A stretch of 64,000 nt of DNA from positions 62,001-126,000 of the forward strand of contig JAAOMT010000566.1 of NCBI GenBank assembly GCA_016748015.1. Direction: 5' to 3'. Position 1 is the first letter of the stretch. Each line of letters starts with the position of its first letter. Origin of the DNA: Geosiphon pyriformis uo1. Taxonomy: Eukaryota > Fungi > Glomeromycota. The position numbers and the translations under genes were made by a program. This document shows positions 1-13,020 of the stretch, in pieces. The notes beneath the pieces are model-generated. The model saw only the letters and a list, made by a program, of their open reading frames with translations. It had not been told where the DNA came from and made no database searches.

Positions 1-531
1 TCTGGGACAATTAATGGAGGTTTCAACAATAAGAGATCCATTGGTAACCAGCAAAATGGTCAGTTTTCGTCTGGTACAATTAATGGAGGTTTCAACGATA
101 AGAGATCCATTGGTAACCAGCAAAATGGTCAGTTTTCGTCTGGTACAATTAATGGAGGTTTCAATGATAAAAGATCCATCGGTAATCAACAAAACGGTCA
201 GTTTTCGTCTGGGACAATTAATGGAGGTTTCAATGATAAAAGATCCATCGGTAATCAACAAAATGGTCAGTTTTCGTCTGGGACAATTAATGGAGGTTTC
301 AACACTAAGAGATCTATTGGTAACCAGCAAAATGGTCACTTTTCCTCTGGTACAATTAACGGAGGTTTCAATGATAAAAGATCCATCGGTAATCAACAAA
401 ACGGTCAGTTTTCGTCTGGTACTATTAATGGAGGTTTCAACACTAAGAGATCCATCGGTAACCAGCAAAATGGTGATTTTTCGTCTGGTACTATTAACGG
501 AGGCTTTAACGATAATAGTAATCTCTATTAG
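1..531 (+). CDS. Kex2-processed repeat protein (KEP) paralogue 1, 3' part only (5' end outside window)
   Basis: Manual frame +1 translation (not in ORF track, no start codon): SGTINGGFNNKR, six full 23-aa units SIGNQQNG[Q/H]FSSGTINGGFN[D/T]KR, then SIGNQQNGDFSSGTINGGFNDNSNLY and TAG at 529-531. Same unit and C-terminus as 14960-15712. Confidence 0.93.
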   Translation, partial: SGTINGGFNNKRSIGNQQNGQFSSGTINGGFNDKRSIGNQQNGQFSSGTINGGFNDKRSIGNQQNGQFSSGTINGGFNDKRSIGNQQNGQFSSGTINGGFNTKRSIGNQQNGHFSSGTINGGFNDKRSIGNQQNGQFSSGTINGGFNTKRSIGNQQNGDFSSGTINGGFNDNSNLY

Positions 532-1135
532 GTATTATTGCGATGCATTCTATCTGATTAGTTTTTAAATAAAATATAGTTAATATAAGTTATGAAAATA
601 TCGAAATTAAATCTCAAATAGATAAAAAATGCCTTTTATAAATAGTTTTGCTTTCAATTCTGATAATAGACTTCTATCATATTAGATTTTAAATTTTGTT
701 ATTTGAAACAAATGACGTTATTTTTTTGGGGTTTAAAAATTTTCAATCAGTTGCAAATCAAGATAAATAGTTTTTATTCTTAATAAAAATGCAATTTTAA
801 TGAAATTGTAACAGTTGTAATATCATTCTTAAATAAAAAATATAACTGATTTCTTATTTTTAATGGATTATTCTTAAGATTGTTTTCATTTAACTATATC
901 TTATTCCATTCTTTTTTTCTCATCATCTCTCACCTGTAACAATATCATTACTGGAATTATAAAAATAAAACTTGGTCAATCAATATAATTTAGTTCAAAA
1001 AGTTTGAATTAACTTCTTATATAATAAAAAAACAACTCAATTTAAAACTTAAGAAATTCTAAAATAGTTGCTTTTCTCGGGAATTGGATATAATACCAGA
1101 ATAATAACCATATCTAATTTTCTTATTTAGTATTG
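532..1135 (+). repeat. 3' flank duplicated with 15713-~16300 (KEP gene duplication)
   Basis: Near-identical by eye for about 300 bp after the stop codon (gtattattgcgatgcattc...), then progressively diverging with indels to about 1135/16300. Confidence 0.85.
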
Positions 1136-1211
1136 AAACCTTCATTAATCAGACAAAATATATACATACTTTACCTACATTATCGTTGAAGCTGTCGTTA
1201 TTAGCACTTAC

Positions 1212-1212
<1 letters not shown>

Positions 1213-1272
<60 letters not shown>

Positions 1273-1289
1273 TTAATAATAAAAACAAC

Positions 1290-1325
<36 letters not shown>
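1213..1325. repeat. (AAT)n microsatellite, interrupted
   Basis: Directly visible; explains the spurious poly-Ile ORF 1149-1349. Confidence 0.95.
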
Positions 1326-1328
<3 letters not shown>

Positions 1329-2187
1329 GTTCAGTGTGTGATGAAACAATTAACTTTTTGAATTGATCATGAATTTAAAATAATATTAAGTTTACATTTT
1401 TACTTTTGGATTTTTTACACGATCAGCTTTAAATCAAAGAATAAAGTTCAGTTAAAGATTTTTTTGAACAGTATTTTTTATTGATCATTTATTGAATTTA
1501 AATATTTTAATAAAATGAAGCGAAATTAAATAAGGACAAAAATAAATGGGGCTTTTTTAAATCAATTTTCATTCTGTTGGAAAGAAATTTTAATATAGAA
1601 TTATTTATTCGCATAAAAATAAAAGAATTGCTGATTATTGAAGAATTTCTTCTTTTTTCTCAAGGATCTCTGATTTATTTTAACATCATCTTTATACCAA
1701 GCCAAAGATGAAGTAGTTTAGTGATGAAAAATTTGTTGAAATTTTCCAATGAGAAATCATTATAATATGGCTAAGAATTAGAAATCCACTAAAATATCGC
1801 GTTTTTTGATGATTACCATAAAAAGTATCCTTGGGATCCTTATGCCAAATCCTCTAGCCGCAATAGAATAATTTGCGATTCATTTTTATTTTAGAAAAAG
1901 ATATTTTTTGAAAATTAAAAGATAATGACAGAAATGGTTTTGATGTCTTTGATCTTTTTAATCAAATAGTAAGCCATTAATTTTAATTGATACACGAAAC
2001 TTTTTTTACCAAGTAAATTTCCCGAAAGGTAGAGCAGAATTTTAATTGAATGTCTTCAACCATTTTGTTATCTACATGTATTTTTCAATTCACGGTATTA
2101 TTTAAGAAAAGAAAATACCAAAGGAAACAATTCACTCAGGAATATTTAAAAGTAATTGTCAAAAAAAGATAAACTTTTTAACTCCTT

Positions 2188-3731
2188 TCATTGAACCGGA
2201 TAGAAATTTCTACAATCACCAAAAGTTGTGTCAAACCATGGACCAAAATTTGCACTGTCACTTGCACCATTTCTTCCTACATTGCATTCCTGAAAATAAT
2301 AAATACTTTTCAAATTAATGTTTTAAAATTTAATAATTTGAAAAATCATAATAAAACTTCAAACATTAACCGGATTTTCCCCGTATTGTTGACGACTAGG
2401 ATAATATCCAGGACACTTATAAACCGTATATAATCTATTTTCTCCAATTTCTGATTGCAAAGTTGGACATTCACAGTTGTCTCTGGGAATCCAATATTCA
2501 GTTTCGGTATGCCAATAATGTTCCCCGACAGCATCTTTTTTCGGGTATTGTGAAACAAAATCATTAGAATGTGTCACTCGAAAAATATGCAAATCGTTTT
2601 TATAGCGATAAAATAGTTGGGCAAATTTATTATTGCCAAATCGTGGTTGTCCAAAAGTTACAACTTTGCCAAAGATTCGTCGACCATTAGTTTCCTTTAG
2701 AGTAGCTCCATTTATCTGGGATGCTAGTATATATCCCATGAGATTTAATGCATATACTGTATTTAAGTTGAAAAAAAAGCGGTATGAGAATTTCAAAGTT
2801 ATTCCTCAAAAACCTTTAATAATTTTATAAAAGCCTACCTCCTCCAATTCCATGACCAGTAAAAATAACTTGAATTTTATTGCCACTGATTTTTTTGGTT
2901 AGATTTAATACAAAATTTAAGATCGAAATATGTGTAGTTTCACCACATTGTTTGGTGAAACTCTTATCTATCAAGATTTTTGTGCCCTTTTGAGGAAGGA
3001 AAAGGTGATTTTTACGAGTAACCCATTGTGTTCTTTTCAATTCCGGCCCTGGTAATTTTTGTTAAAAAAATGATTTTGTAAAATAAACGAATGAAAATAA
3101 AATTTCAGTTAATAATTGTGTCAAACTTTCAAATAAAAATATACCTCGAAAATAGCCAATTATATTTTCTTGATCGTCTAAAAATATGTCTACTACATAA
3201 TAATAATAATAATAATAATAAAAATAAAAATAAAAATAAAAATAATAAAATAATAATAATAATAATAATTATTAGAATAAGAATAAAAATAAGAATATTT
3301 ATTTTTACTATTTTTCAAAGAAAAGTCAAAATTCAGACTTGAAAAGAAGTTTTTCAATTCCTCAATAAAAGTGTTTTACCCAACATATTTTGTCTCGGAT
3401 AATTAAAAGGGGCTTTAACTTCCTTACAATACGGGATATTGGCAATTCTTGCCATTTTCTGAAGAAAATTTATTAAATTTTCATCAGTTACTAGCTCTTT
3501 TGGTGGTGATGAATTTCGAGGCTTGCCAAATCCTCCTGTACGTTTTGAGAGGTTGGATTGAAACTTTGTAAAGTTTGAAAATATATTTTCCGGAGAATAA
3601 ATTTTCGAGTGAGAAAAAGAATTGGAAATATTAGCTGAAGAAGAACTTGAATTATGAAGATAATAGTATGAAAATTTTAGCATAATGATAGATTGTAGTG
3701 AAAAATAAAAAAAAAGTTTCCAGCCTTCCAT
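2188..3731 (-). CDS. Class-3 lipase-like protein, probably secreted or membrane-anchored and catalytically dead; 5 exons, about 365 aa
   Basis: Exons 3731-3380, 3192-3145, 3048-2839, 2756-2371, 2289-2188 join in frame with GT-AG introns. Lipase_3 motifs: MARIANIPYC, GYFRG, IFTGHGIGG (GHSLGG elbow), VTFGQPRFGN, RVTHSNDFV, YWHTETEYWI, ECN...ANFGPWF. Hydrophobic N-terminus. Confidence 0.88.
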
Positions 3732-3901
3732 AGTTTCAGATTGTGTTGAATCGAATAGTTACTAAATAGAAGGGAGATTTCTTCCTAAATTTTTAGATTT
3801 TTGGCAATTAAAAGGAACCATATTAAAATTTGGTTATTTTCCTAGTTTTGTTGATGTTTGTTCGTTTCCATATCTGTGACCGTGGAGTTTAACCATCACC
3901 A

Positions 3902-3904
<3 letters not shown>

Positions 3905-3948
<44 letters not shown>
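3905..3948. repeat. (CAT)n microsatellite
   Basis: Directly visible. Confidence 0.95.
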
Positions 3949-3949
<1 letters not shown>

Positions 3950-4500
3950 GTTACTATACAGTAATTGATAATTTGGATGGTTTACCTTGGCCCGTGAATA
4001 TTCATATTTGATATATCTGATATTGCAATGCCGCATAAAATCACACTGTAGATCGGTGATACTTGATAAACTAATTGAAATTGTCATTTGACATGTTGAT
4101 CTGAGCACAACATAACATTGTTTCACTAAGGGCTGCTTAAATTGGTAACAATAATTTATTATCTATTAGTAGTAAATAAATAAACGCTTTTGAATTAGTC
4201 ACTCCCCATTATCAAGTATTATTTATTATTATTATTATTATTATTCTTATAATCCGTTTTTTATTGACTCCACTGATTACTTTGTTTCCTGTCTGGTCGT
4301 ATTACAATTCCTCTCCTGCTGTTACAGTCAATCTATCATAGCTTTCCCAATTTTTTTTGTCTCAATCGTTTTCAGCCTGTCGGTGCACCCCCACGGTTTT
4401 TGAACTTTTTTTTCTTCATAATTTAATTTCATTTGGAGAGTTTGTTCATTTCATAATTTAAAGTTTGAATATTATAACTCAGAATTTTGATCCTCACCTG

Positions 4501-4547
4501 GTGAGTGAGTGAGTGAGTGAGTGAGTGAGTGAGTGAGTCAGTCAGTG
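4501..4547. repeat. (GTGA)n tetranucleotide repeat upstream of the Rab-GAP start codon
   Basis: Directly visible. Confidence 0.9.
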
Positions 4548-4823
4548 ACTGTGGAGCCTCGCACTGATATTTCAAAACCAACTTTTGAACTGAATTTTTT
4601 TCCCTTCACTTTTTCGGTTTTTTTGGGCTACCACGTGACATTACCCATACCAACCCTTTATTACAATTTCAACGTTTTTAAACATTTCTCTTTTTATCAC
4701 AAATTATTCCCACTCCTTTTACTTCCAAAAATAAATTTTCATTCTTCCATCAATATCAAAATATATCTTTGAAATTTTAATTTTAGTTTTAAGCTTAAAC
4801 ATATAAGAAATATAAACGAGACT

Positions 4824-7800
4824 ATGCTTACAAAGGACCCAAAGGAACTTGAAAAGTTGCAGAAATTCGCCGAAGAAGGTAGTTTTTCGTTTTCTTTCAA
4901 AATTCCTTTTTGGCAAAGAATTTTTGGGCCTACTTTACCCAAATATTCAGATTGAACCTACCTACCTACCACTTACATACCCATAAATAGTAGCTTCTGA
5001 CAAACTTTTTCAATTTGTTTCAGGAGGTATAGGTGCTTGTGTTGCTAAACAGGATACCACCGCTAATACCGAAGATGATTTAATGTTTTTTGAAGGTTAG
5101 TCTTGAAGAAATTCGATTAGTATAACGTATTTGGTTTGTGGAAAATCTTGTTCGCTTCTGAATAACGATTAATCCTAAATATAATAAAGGCGACAAAATA
5201 ACCGTCCTGAAACATATCAGAGATGATTTATATTTGGTGAGTATTAAATGATTTTTATTTATTTACTCAAAATATTTATCCTGAGATCTTAAATTCTTTC
5301 ATTACAGGGCTATTGTGAGGGAGTGATAGGACACTTTTCAGAAAACACCGTCATTTTCAATACTGGCAATTTACCATCCCCTTCACTTTTATTCCCTCCA
5401 AATTCTTATCATGCTTCAAATCAAAATTCATCTTCATTAAAATCTCCATTCTCATCTATTGCATCCGCTTCATCATCCCCTTCATCATCCCCAACATCAT
5501 TGTCGTCTTCATTTGTGCCTCGTCGACAAAATTCTGTTCCTATATCTTCCAGTGGGTCTGTTGGCTTGATTCAATCAAAATACGGGCAACAAAACAAACA
5601 TACACCTAGAAGACAAAATACTTTTCCAGAGTTCCATCGGAAAGTTGATATTAATTCTCATTCTTCAACTGCTGGAGAACCTGGGCCATCCTCAAATACT
5701 TTTTTAACTAAAAAATCCAGTAGAACTTCTGTAGCTGAGATTGGTATATTTTCCTATTCTATTATTCTCCACGATAACCTTTCGTTCCTTTTAAAAAGAA
5801 TCTCATTTTTCAACTTAATTTAAATATAACTCACCATTTTTCACAGCTAACAATATCAACATTTATCAAAGTCCAACGAATCCAGTAGGAATCTTTGACA
5901 TTTCTCAATCACAACTATCAAGACCTTCTGCTGAAGGTTATTCAACATATCACCCTAATTATTCATCATCTGGTCAAACCTCACCGCATTCTAATAAAAG
6001 TTCACCCGGATTCTCGCTTCAAATGTCGGAGGTTCGAGCAGAAGCCATGAATAATGATATCCCCAAATCTTCGATGAGGCATTGGCAAAGTGCAGAGAAC
6101 TTAAAAAATCATAAGCATATTTCTTCACGAAAAGATTTTATTGTAAGAGCTAATAATCTCAATCATGTCAGAAATGATAGGATTCCTAGAATAGATGAAC
6201 AGATTCCATTAAGAAATGATCAGAATTGTTTGCAAGATCAACAAATTCTCCCCCCGACAAGATCTCACACACTACCGTTTAATCATCTTTTACAAAATCA
6301 AACTCCACATAATCATAAATATGATGGTCAATTGATGAGCGATCAAAGTGATCTTACCATCATAAGTTCATCCAATGTATCAAGCAGCCGTGGGAAAACA
6401 ATAGGTCCGAATATTAATGCTCAAAAACATGGAAAGAGGATGAGCATAACAATGACTAATGTTTCTACATTATCATCTACGAATTTTACATCAAAAACAC
6501 CGACAATACCTACAAGGGACGCTAGTATACCAACTGTTGTAATAGAAACTTCTTCAGACAATTTAAAATCAACTCTTGTTCCTTATGCCGAAAATGGTAG
6601 TACAGATCGTTCATCCCTTTTTGCTGTTGATACCAAATCATCATCGCCAAGTTCGACTCGAGATAATTTTTCTTCGTCACCAAAGCAAAATATTCTTCTA
6701 TCTAACCCTCCTTCAGGTGTTGATTTTCAGTGGCTAGTTGACTCTTCATCCTCAGATTCACAATCCTCTTCTCCGATATCACTTGCATCAAGTTCAATTA
6801 GATCGCCTCCATCGCCCCTTTCACAATCTTCCTTACCTCGTATTCTTAATAGTGAGGATGACGAGGAAGATGATCAAGAATCATTGATCGCATACTCATC
6901 CAGCCGCAATAAACGTAATGCAGCAATTCACAAACCAGTGACTGCCGTTAATCCACAAGTACAACGACAACAAAATCCTATAATACCGAGTTTAGTAGTG
7001 AGTCATGTTTCACTTTCTGACACGATGCCGACTTTAAAACGAGCTGTTGAACAATTGAGCTCGAAAGATAGTATTGATATTACATCTGATGAAGAAATTG
7101 AACCAGATTATACGGAAGCTAAAGCAAATGATGAGCGGTCAATAAACATTGTGAACGGTTCTACACAAAAACCGATGGCTCAGAGAAAGGAACAAATTCT
7201 GGCGATCGATGATTATGGTTTCGTTCTTGAAGTTTCAGAAGCTGAAATTCCTGAAGGTGGTGATCGGATTCAGAGAGTGTATGTTTTAATTTGTATGCTT
7301 AATGGAAATGGGGTTTGAGTGTCTATTTGGTGGAAATTTTGTCTCTTATTCGTCAATAGTGAATTCTTAATCAATTAAATATTATTTGAAAAACTTCAAC
7401 TCACCACAGGTTCCGGACACCTAAGGCTGACGAAAATAAAAGCCGTTCATTACGACTTTACCGTGAACGCGAAGTAAAATGGGTTAATATATTTACAAAT
7501 ATGGATACCTCAACAGCAAGGGAATCCCGAAGAGTATGCTAAGATTTTGCTCATTTTCAAAATGGAATTCAATATTTATATATTTATTACATTAGTAACC
7601 CCAATTTATCTCAAATTATAATTCGGAATTTATTTTATCCCAAGATTAAGAAATTAGTTCGTCAGGGTATTCCCGAATCTGTTCGGGGTAAAGCGTGGCA
7701 GTTTATGGCTGGTGCCGGAAAGTATCGAAAGCCAAAGGTTTATGAGGTGTGCCTCTGAAAAAAGGATATTTTGGAATTGCATTAAAATTTTTGGAACACT

Positions 7801-9159
7801 CGAAAGATTTTTTGATCTTAACTTGAATTTCTTCAATTTTAATATTTTAGGTTCTGAGGAAACGTGAAAGGTTACCAATATACGATGTGATCGAACGAGA
7901 TATTCATCGGTGTTATCCAGATCATATACAATTTAGAGAAGGCAACGGCTCGGGGTTAGGAAAAGTTTTATTTTTGGTTTTGTGGAAGTTTTAAAGCAAT
8001 AGCGTTAATTGTCTAAAATTTTTTGATGAGAAACATATCATTCGCTTTCTGATACTATTAATCCTCAATTTGCGGTTAATGAATTAGATCTGTTACTAAT
8101 CCTTATTTCAAAAATTCTTTATCAGCCAATCTGATCTACATGACATACTGAAAGCCTACGCTCATTATAATCCAGCTGTAGGATACTGTCAAGGGATGGG
8201 CCGACTGGTAGGGATGATGCTCATGCAAATGCCAGCTGAAGATACTTTTTGGCTCCTGGTCGCTACTATTGAAGAGTACATGAATGGATATTTTGGCCCA
8301 ACTTTGTCACAATTACGCATCGATTCAGTGGTGTTTGAACAATTGCTTGCCGAGCATGATCCTAAGTTGGCCCAGCATTTGGTGAGAAAAATAAAATTAA
8401 TTAATTTCAATTGCGTTTATTCACTTCAACTTTTTTGAGCTTCTTACAAAAATATTCTAATAATAATAGGCTGATAATGATATTGTCCCGTTGATGTATA
8501 TGACTCAATGGTTTATGACCATTTTCACAATGTCTTTACCTTGGGCTTCAGTACTTCGCATTTGGGATGTCTTTTATTTCGAGGGTAAGAACAAATGGAA
8601 TTGAAATTTGGCTCATCGTTTTGTTTCAACCTTAATGTATTCTCCTCTAAACCTATTTCAAATCTAATCACGGCAAAAACTCCCAACCTTACATCTAGGT
8701 GTAAAGCTATTCTTTCGTGTAGGGTTAGCAATAATGGACTGTACAAGAGACCACATTCTCAAAAAATGTCCTAGCAGTTCCGAGATAATGGATTTCCTGC
8801 TTCACATTCCACCTGAAATGCTCACACCCGACTTATTGCTTGATGCAGCATTCAATGTTCGATTACGAAGAAGTTCAATTAGACGATTGGCAAAACGAGT
8901 TGCTACAGAGAGTAATGGTGGATCAAGTGGGGTAGATGGGCATAGCGATCCTCGGCAGAATGGAAATGGAAGGAGTAGTCCCAATTCTTCGGTTAATCCG
9001 TTTGGATCATCACGAGATCAGGCCCAGATCAGGGGGAAACAAAGTAACTTAATTGGAGTTGGAACAAGTGGGTTTCAGACGCTGAAAAAGTCCAAAAGTT
9101 CAGAGGACCGGGTGAAAGTTGGTGGGGTAGAGTTTAAATTGATTGTTGACGGTTCTTAA
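4824..9159 (+). CDS. TBC-domain Rab GTPase-activating protein with N-terminal SH3-like domain (about 11 exons; internal boundaries approximate)
   Basis: Spliced N-terminus MLTKDPKELEKLQKFAEEGGIGACVAKQDTTANTEDDLMFFEGDKITVLKHIRDDLYLGYCEGVIGHF (SH3-like). Long Ser/Pro-rich linker, then IDDYGF, REVKW, VRQGIPESVRGKAW, IERDIHR (Arg finger), VGYCQGM (Gln finger), YMTQWFMTIF, LRIWDVFYFEG. Stop at 9159. Confidence 0.9.
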
Positions 9160-12149
9160 TGACCGAAAGAGATAACAAGATTAAAGAGTTAAGCTATTAA
9201 TGATGGAATTTTGGGATATTTTTAGTTAAATCTTATTCACAATGTATGTTATCGAATTAACAATGTAAATTATTATTAATATTGAATCATTTGAACAATT
9301 AGGAGTTGGTATTGGGAAAATTCCAGTTCACTGTAGGTTATTTAAAAAAAATTTACTGGCAAGAAAACATAGAAAATACATCAATAATTTAATTTCTTAG
9401 TAATTGCTAAATTAATTAGTTTGCAATTTGGTTTTTGTAAATTTGCTGAAATTCTTTACAATATGGGGCATTTTTGAAAATCAGTAAATGGTATATATTT
9501 TAATGCTGCTGAGATTTTACAATCTTGGTTATTACAATATTGCATTTTTTCAACATCAAATTTTCCCAAAACCGAAATAACATAATGTGATGTGATTTTC
9601 AAAATAGGTAAAATAATTTATTAAAAGCAAACATAAGTCAGGATTTAATTTTGAAATTGGAACATCTTCCAATTAAATGCAAGATCATAATTTCGTGTTG
9701 GGTATTTTCTCTCTAGCCTTTATCGTTGAAAAAATTTATCATCAGCAAAGTTTCAATAATTTGATATTCGAAATGCGAAGCATTTAAAGGATGAGTTTCA
9801 AAGCGATTGATAGAATGTTTAAGTAGTTTTCTAAATTGAGATCTTTGAGCACGAAACCAAGCAAATTCAACAGTTATAGCAAACTGAACTCAACACGGAA
9901 AAAAGTAAAAAGGGGAGTTTTTTAGTTTATCTGTATCGCAGTATTTTTCCCTGATACTAGTATAAAATTGAGTGTATTCAAAGATTTTTTGTCTTTTTCC
10001 GTCGCGTGTACCAAAAGGCAGAAAATTTTCATAAAATTCGTGTTTAATGAAAATCTTGAAATTTTAATTGGATAAAATTAGGTGACCGATTTCATTTTTT
10101 CCCCGAAAAGATAACGTTAAATTACTTTGAATAAAGTCCCTTTTCCTTTCTGGCAAAGTCTTCTCTCCCCCTTTTATTCAGATAAACGGTCACAAACTTT
10201 ATATTGTCTCATTTTCTTTTAAAAATTTTCTCCTAATGCCATAAAAAGGGAAATTGCCATCAAAGTTCTGTAATTCTAAAATTCCTTACGTAAACAAATT
10301 TTGTTTGTCTCGGATGTATTCTTACCCGATCAGCACACAAAATAAGCGTTCAGGGTTTGTACTCTAAAAATTCAATTGATCCAAATATGATGCAATGCAA
10401 TGCAATCCCATGTAAGATTAATTGCATAATAGTGTGAAATTTTGAAATTTTATGAACAGTGCAGAATTGCTTCGAGTTCCTCGATTAGGGGATTGAAAAA
10501 GTTATAATGTGAACCTAATTTTTTTAGTGAAACCTGAATTAGCATTTCAACCGATATGTCCTCCGAATACTTAGCACCCCTATCACTCTTAAGTTGGTCA
10601 TGGATTTTTCTTTGGCATTTTAATAGATTTCATTGTTCCTCTTTTTTACAATATCTTTAGTAAAAATAATTAATACGATATATATCGTGTATCATATGAA
10701 AAGACTGAAAAACCACATCACAGATATTTTCTCTAAAATTTAAAAAATTTAGCATCAAAGATCAATGCTAGATTCTTTATTATTAGACTCACATTTTGAA
10801 AATTTTCTCTATTTTATTGATGTTTCTTGAAGACCTTTTCTATGATTAGCGAATATTCTGAACTCTTTAGATTGATGTTGAAGTTCTCAAAGGGACTTTA
10901 AATAGATGTAAATCACGTAAGCAAAGCACAAAACAGAGAATTACCATGTGTGAAACACAAAGCACAGACTTGACAATGTGTTAGCATATCGCAAAACAGA
11001 TAATTTCCAAAACTGACACTTTGAACGCCTGTATGCGTGACTGCTCAATGGAAAACAGAGGTTTACCTCGTAGGAAGCTTTATTTCACTGCTTAATAGCA
11101 TGTAAAGCAATGGTAAATGCAAAATTAAATCCTAAAAACAGATGCTTGAAAAAAGTTTAAATCAAGAGCATAGATGGAAACCAAAGTATAAAGACATAGA
11201 CTTGACAATATGTATGCAGAGAAGGGATCTGAAAAATCTACAAGGATTTTCAATAATAAATAACTTTGAAATAATCATTTAACTGAAAATTCTATATATA
11301 TCTTTGAAGCATAGATATTAATAATAAATGCGAATATTAACTTTCAATCAATGCGCTTGATTACTCGATGAAACGTAGCAGTTTATTTTAGGATACCCCT
11401 CTTTATTTATTGAATAGAAGATAGAAAGATAACAGATATTCTTCATAATTGTGTTCTCACAAATAAAGCAACATCTAATGTTTTCAACTTTTGAAGGCGC
11501 AAAAATTGATTTTCTGAAACAAGATCTGAATCTAAACTCCACGTCAGGCCATTTAGTCGTAAAGTTAATGTTTTTTTTATGAAACAAATGATAGGAGATT
11601 TATAAACTTCAAATTTCATATTTTTTAACATTATGCAGATTATTATCGAATTTTCTTGGCTAAACTTACAATACCTCCTGGGAACAGTGAATCCAGCCAC
11701 ATTAATGTTTAAATGTCTTGAAAGGAAGAAGGCTAATTCTAATGATTTAAAAAAGTTATCGAAACTTGGGATCCGTAGGGTAACAAAGGATATCTCCAAA
11801 CGTTATAAGAAAAGTTGCATTTTCCAGATAATTTACGGCCAACTTGCTAAAAATCTTATACAACATCAAAGAAATTGAAGTTCATTTTATTCTTTTCTAT
11901 ACTTTTGAATAACAATTTATATAAATTTACTTTTCTCTTTGATATCCGATATCTTATTGACTGAGAATATGATTTGATATTAGAAATGTAAGCCTAAATT
12001 GATACAAACAAAAGAAATCTGACAAGAAAATTTTCAGTATTCAATTTTTCGTAAGGATAAACATATATACAATGATAAGGGATAAATACATTACCGAATC
12101 ATTTGTTCGTTAACATGATACGAAAAAGATATTATTATGATTAGAGTAA

Positions 12150-13020
12150 ACATTTAAAGAATATCGAAGAAATTGCTAAAGGAGGCTTTATAAAATTTAT
12201 AAAGCAACTGAAATTGATGGATGAATTAGTATGTGGATTATAAAAAATTATGGTGAAATGAAATATGAAAGATAAGGAAAGACTGATAAGTAACTTTTAA
12301 TTAACACAAGTTCATGTATTTTAACTTTTCTGAATGCTTTAAGAGATATAAAAAATTCAAGTAACATGACAATTCTTAGTTTGATCAAAATATAAATACA
12401 TAAAACCATGAATTATTTCAATACTTTTGAATGTAATTCTAAAATAGAAATAAACCTTTGTAGCTTGCTTAAAGATAGTAGCTGTTAACATTTAAATAAC
12501 TTGCTAAATTTAATATACATGAAAAGCTTTAAAAAAAAAATTTTTTATCGCCATTTTTATGATAGCTATTTAATTTTCCTTCCCATGAAAAAACCTTCAA
12601 TGAAAAGATATTGCTTAGAAGCTCATGATCACAAAAAGTGTGAAAGATACAAAGACAGTATCAAAAACAATAAATTCAATGACTTCAGGCATGCCAATAA
12701 AAAATATTTTAGTGGGAATTCAGCAGTCAACCATGAAAAAAATTCAATACATATTTCAGATAAAAATTAATAGAAAGATTAATTTAAAAAGTATAAAAAT
12801 TATAGTGAAAAGATAATCAAAAGAGGAGCGGAGAAAATTTTGAGCACATCTTGGGGAAGTTACTTGGAGCTTTTTCGGAGATAACTATAATTCGTCTGAA
12901 TTTAATCTTACAAAAATTTACATTGTTTTAATTTTAATTATTTTTTCTTAATGACTCAATAAATATTCAAGAGATATGATAGCATGGCAAATGGCTTCTG
13001 GGCTTGCTAGATTGAATAAA
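12150..13020 (+). pseudogene. Relics of a Glomeromycotina-type tyrosine-kinase-like protein kinase
   Basis: FKNIEEIAKGGF/KIYKAT..IDG-like glycine-loop text at about 12153-12222 (frameshifted) and IAWQMASGLARL (helix E-like) at about 12978-13013. No intact ORF. Confidence 0.5.

Noticed and set aside
1-531. 69-bp repeats as a CRISPR array or non-coding satellite
   Set aside because: No unique spacers, eukaryotic context, and a clear coding pattern.
14-568. ORF-track protein MEVSTIRDPLVTSK... (also 15375-15749, 15067-15291, 15131-15658)
   Set aside because: Alternative-frame and antisense shadows of the 69-bp repeat. Unit differences are synonymous in the KR frame, which also carries the signal peptide.
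9200-12100. Short ORFs and possible gene relics (e.g. 11443-11799, 11633-11878)
   Set aside because: No recognisable motif or consistent splice model by eye.
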